The notes beneath the pieces were generated by a model, which searched no databases, was not told the DNA's origin, and saw nothing but the letters and a program-made list of their open reading frames with translations. The position numbers and the translations under genes were made by a program. DNA of 62,983 bases, filler included, from Halocafeteria seosinensis (taxonomy: Eukaryota): NCBI GenBank assembly GCA_001687465.1. It is 9 parts of 9 records of this genome, joined end to end, with 100 filler letters (N's around TTAATTAATTAA, not from the genome) between each part and the next. Parts side by side here need not be neighbours in the genome. Positions count along the whole stretch, not along the records: positions 57,691 to 62,983 come from LVLI01000048.1; 8 more parts are not named here. The stretch is one strand, 5' to 3'. Every line of letters begins with the position of its first letter. The first letter of the stretch is position 1. Below, piece after piece: positions 62,434 through 62,983 of the stretch.

Positions 62434-62663
62434 TTACTCTTGCTCTTCTACTGCTTTCTCTCTTATCGTTCTCCTTAACTCACATTTCGGGTTTCTTTGA
62501 TGACATTTTAGGTTCTCTCTGCTCACTATTCCTGGATAGTATTCCATTACATTTATCACATATCACCTTCTCCCTTCTCTTTGCTCGTATGGTTTCCTTG
62601 TTTTATGGTATGATTTAAGGCCTGTTCTTTCTTCTTATTATGATTTTGGTTATCTTCGTTCAT
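62434..62663 (-). pseudogene. small viral zinc-finger protein, frameshifted
   Basis: REKVICDKCNG...ENLKCHQRNPKC (C2HC type) split across frames; followed by hairpin 62391-62427. Confidence 0.6.
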
Positions 62664-62720
62664 CTTGTCTATACGCTTATTCTAGTCTCTAGTCTTTAAG
62701 CCCTTTAAGATTTCATAAGT

Positions 62721-62983
62721 TTATGGGTAGAAGAATTCATTACGGTTAACAATGCGTTCAGTATCATTTATGTAAATCCACGTTCCTTTAGGGGTTTGAT
62801 ATTTATAGTTTCCTCTTCCACTCCTAAATACGGTCCTATACTCACCACGTATTCTTATATCCCCTACACCTAAACACAATTCAAAGCTTCCTTTCGGTCT
62901 TCCTACCGGCCTTCTTTCAATTATTTCCTCTTCTTCATCTTCACTATCCATATCATCTTCTTCATCTTCACTATCCATATCAT
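62721..62983 (-). CDS. acidic viral hypothetical protein with AT-hook-like RPVGRPKG, possibly truncated by window end
   Basis: open frame to the window edge; 27-bp duplication encoding MDSEDEE twice. Confidence 0.5.
   Translation of the reverse strand, partial: DMDSEDEEDDMDSEDEEEEIIERRPVGRPKGSFELCLGVGDIRIRGEYRTVFRSGRGNYKYQTPKGTWIYINDTERIVNRNEFFYP

Larger units (their letters stand above)
57691..62983. mobile_element. virophage/Polinton-like virus segment (partial, apparently decaying)
   Basis: sharp AT enrichment, intronless tightly packed ORFs, adenain-type protease, AAAATTGA motif and hairpins. Confidence 0.75.

Noticed and set aside
57691..62983. Organelle-derived insertion as explanation for AT richness
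   Set aside because: No mitochondrial or plastid genes or RNAs; the viral-type protease argues otherwise.

Overview
Eukaryotic (probably flagellated protist) genomic DNA with short GT-AG introns. It is nine contigs joined by 100-nt linkers (44 N + TTAATTAATTAA + 44 N). A gene-dense host block (about 8.4-28.8 kb) encodes a GH32 invertase with an inserted PAN domain, a YbaK-like deacylase, an RIIa-domain protein, DNase II, FAD synthase, a claudin-like protein, Rheb, ABCF1 and a SirB1/transglutaminase-like protein. Most of the rest is transposon debris (MULE, hAT, PIF/Harbinger, Tc1/IS630-like, MITEs), two Crinkler-like NTPase(+REase) loci, tandem-repeat ORFs and fragments of a CRE-like non-LTR retrotransposon. 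The most notable signals are two. (1) An AT-rich virophage/Polinton-like segment (57.7-63.0 kb) has a maturation cysteine protease, an AAAATTGA motif, hairpins and a bipartite GGCTTAARGACT-N17-TATAGA motif; a related fragment with a truncated Prim-Pol sits in host-type sequence at about 47 kb. (2) The CRE-like 3' ends, and a three-copy structured repeat that may be its 5' end, all abut short (AC)n tracts. All family calls come from motif recognition by eye, and spliced-gene coordinates are approximate spans.
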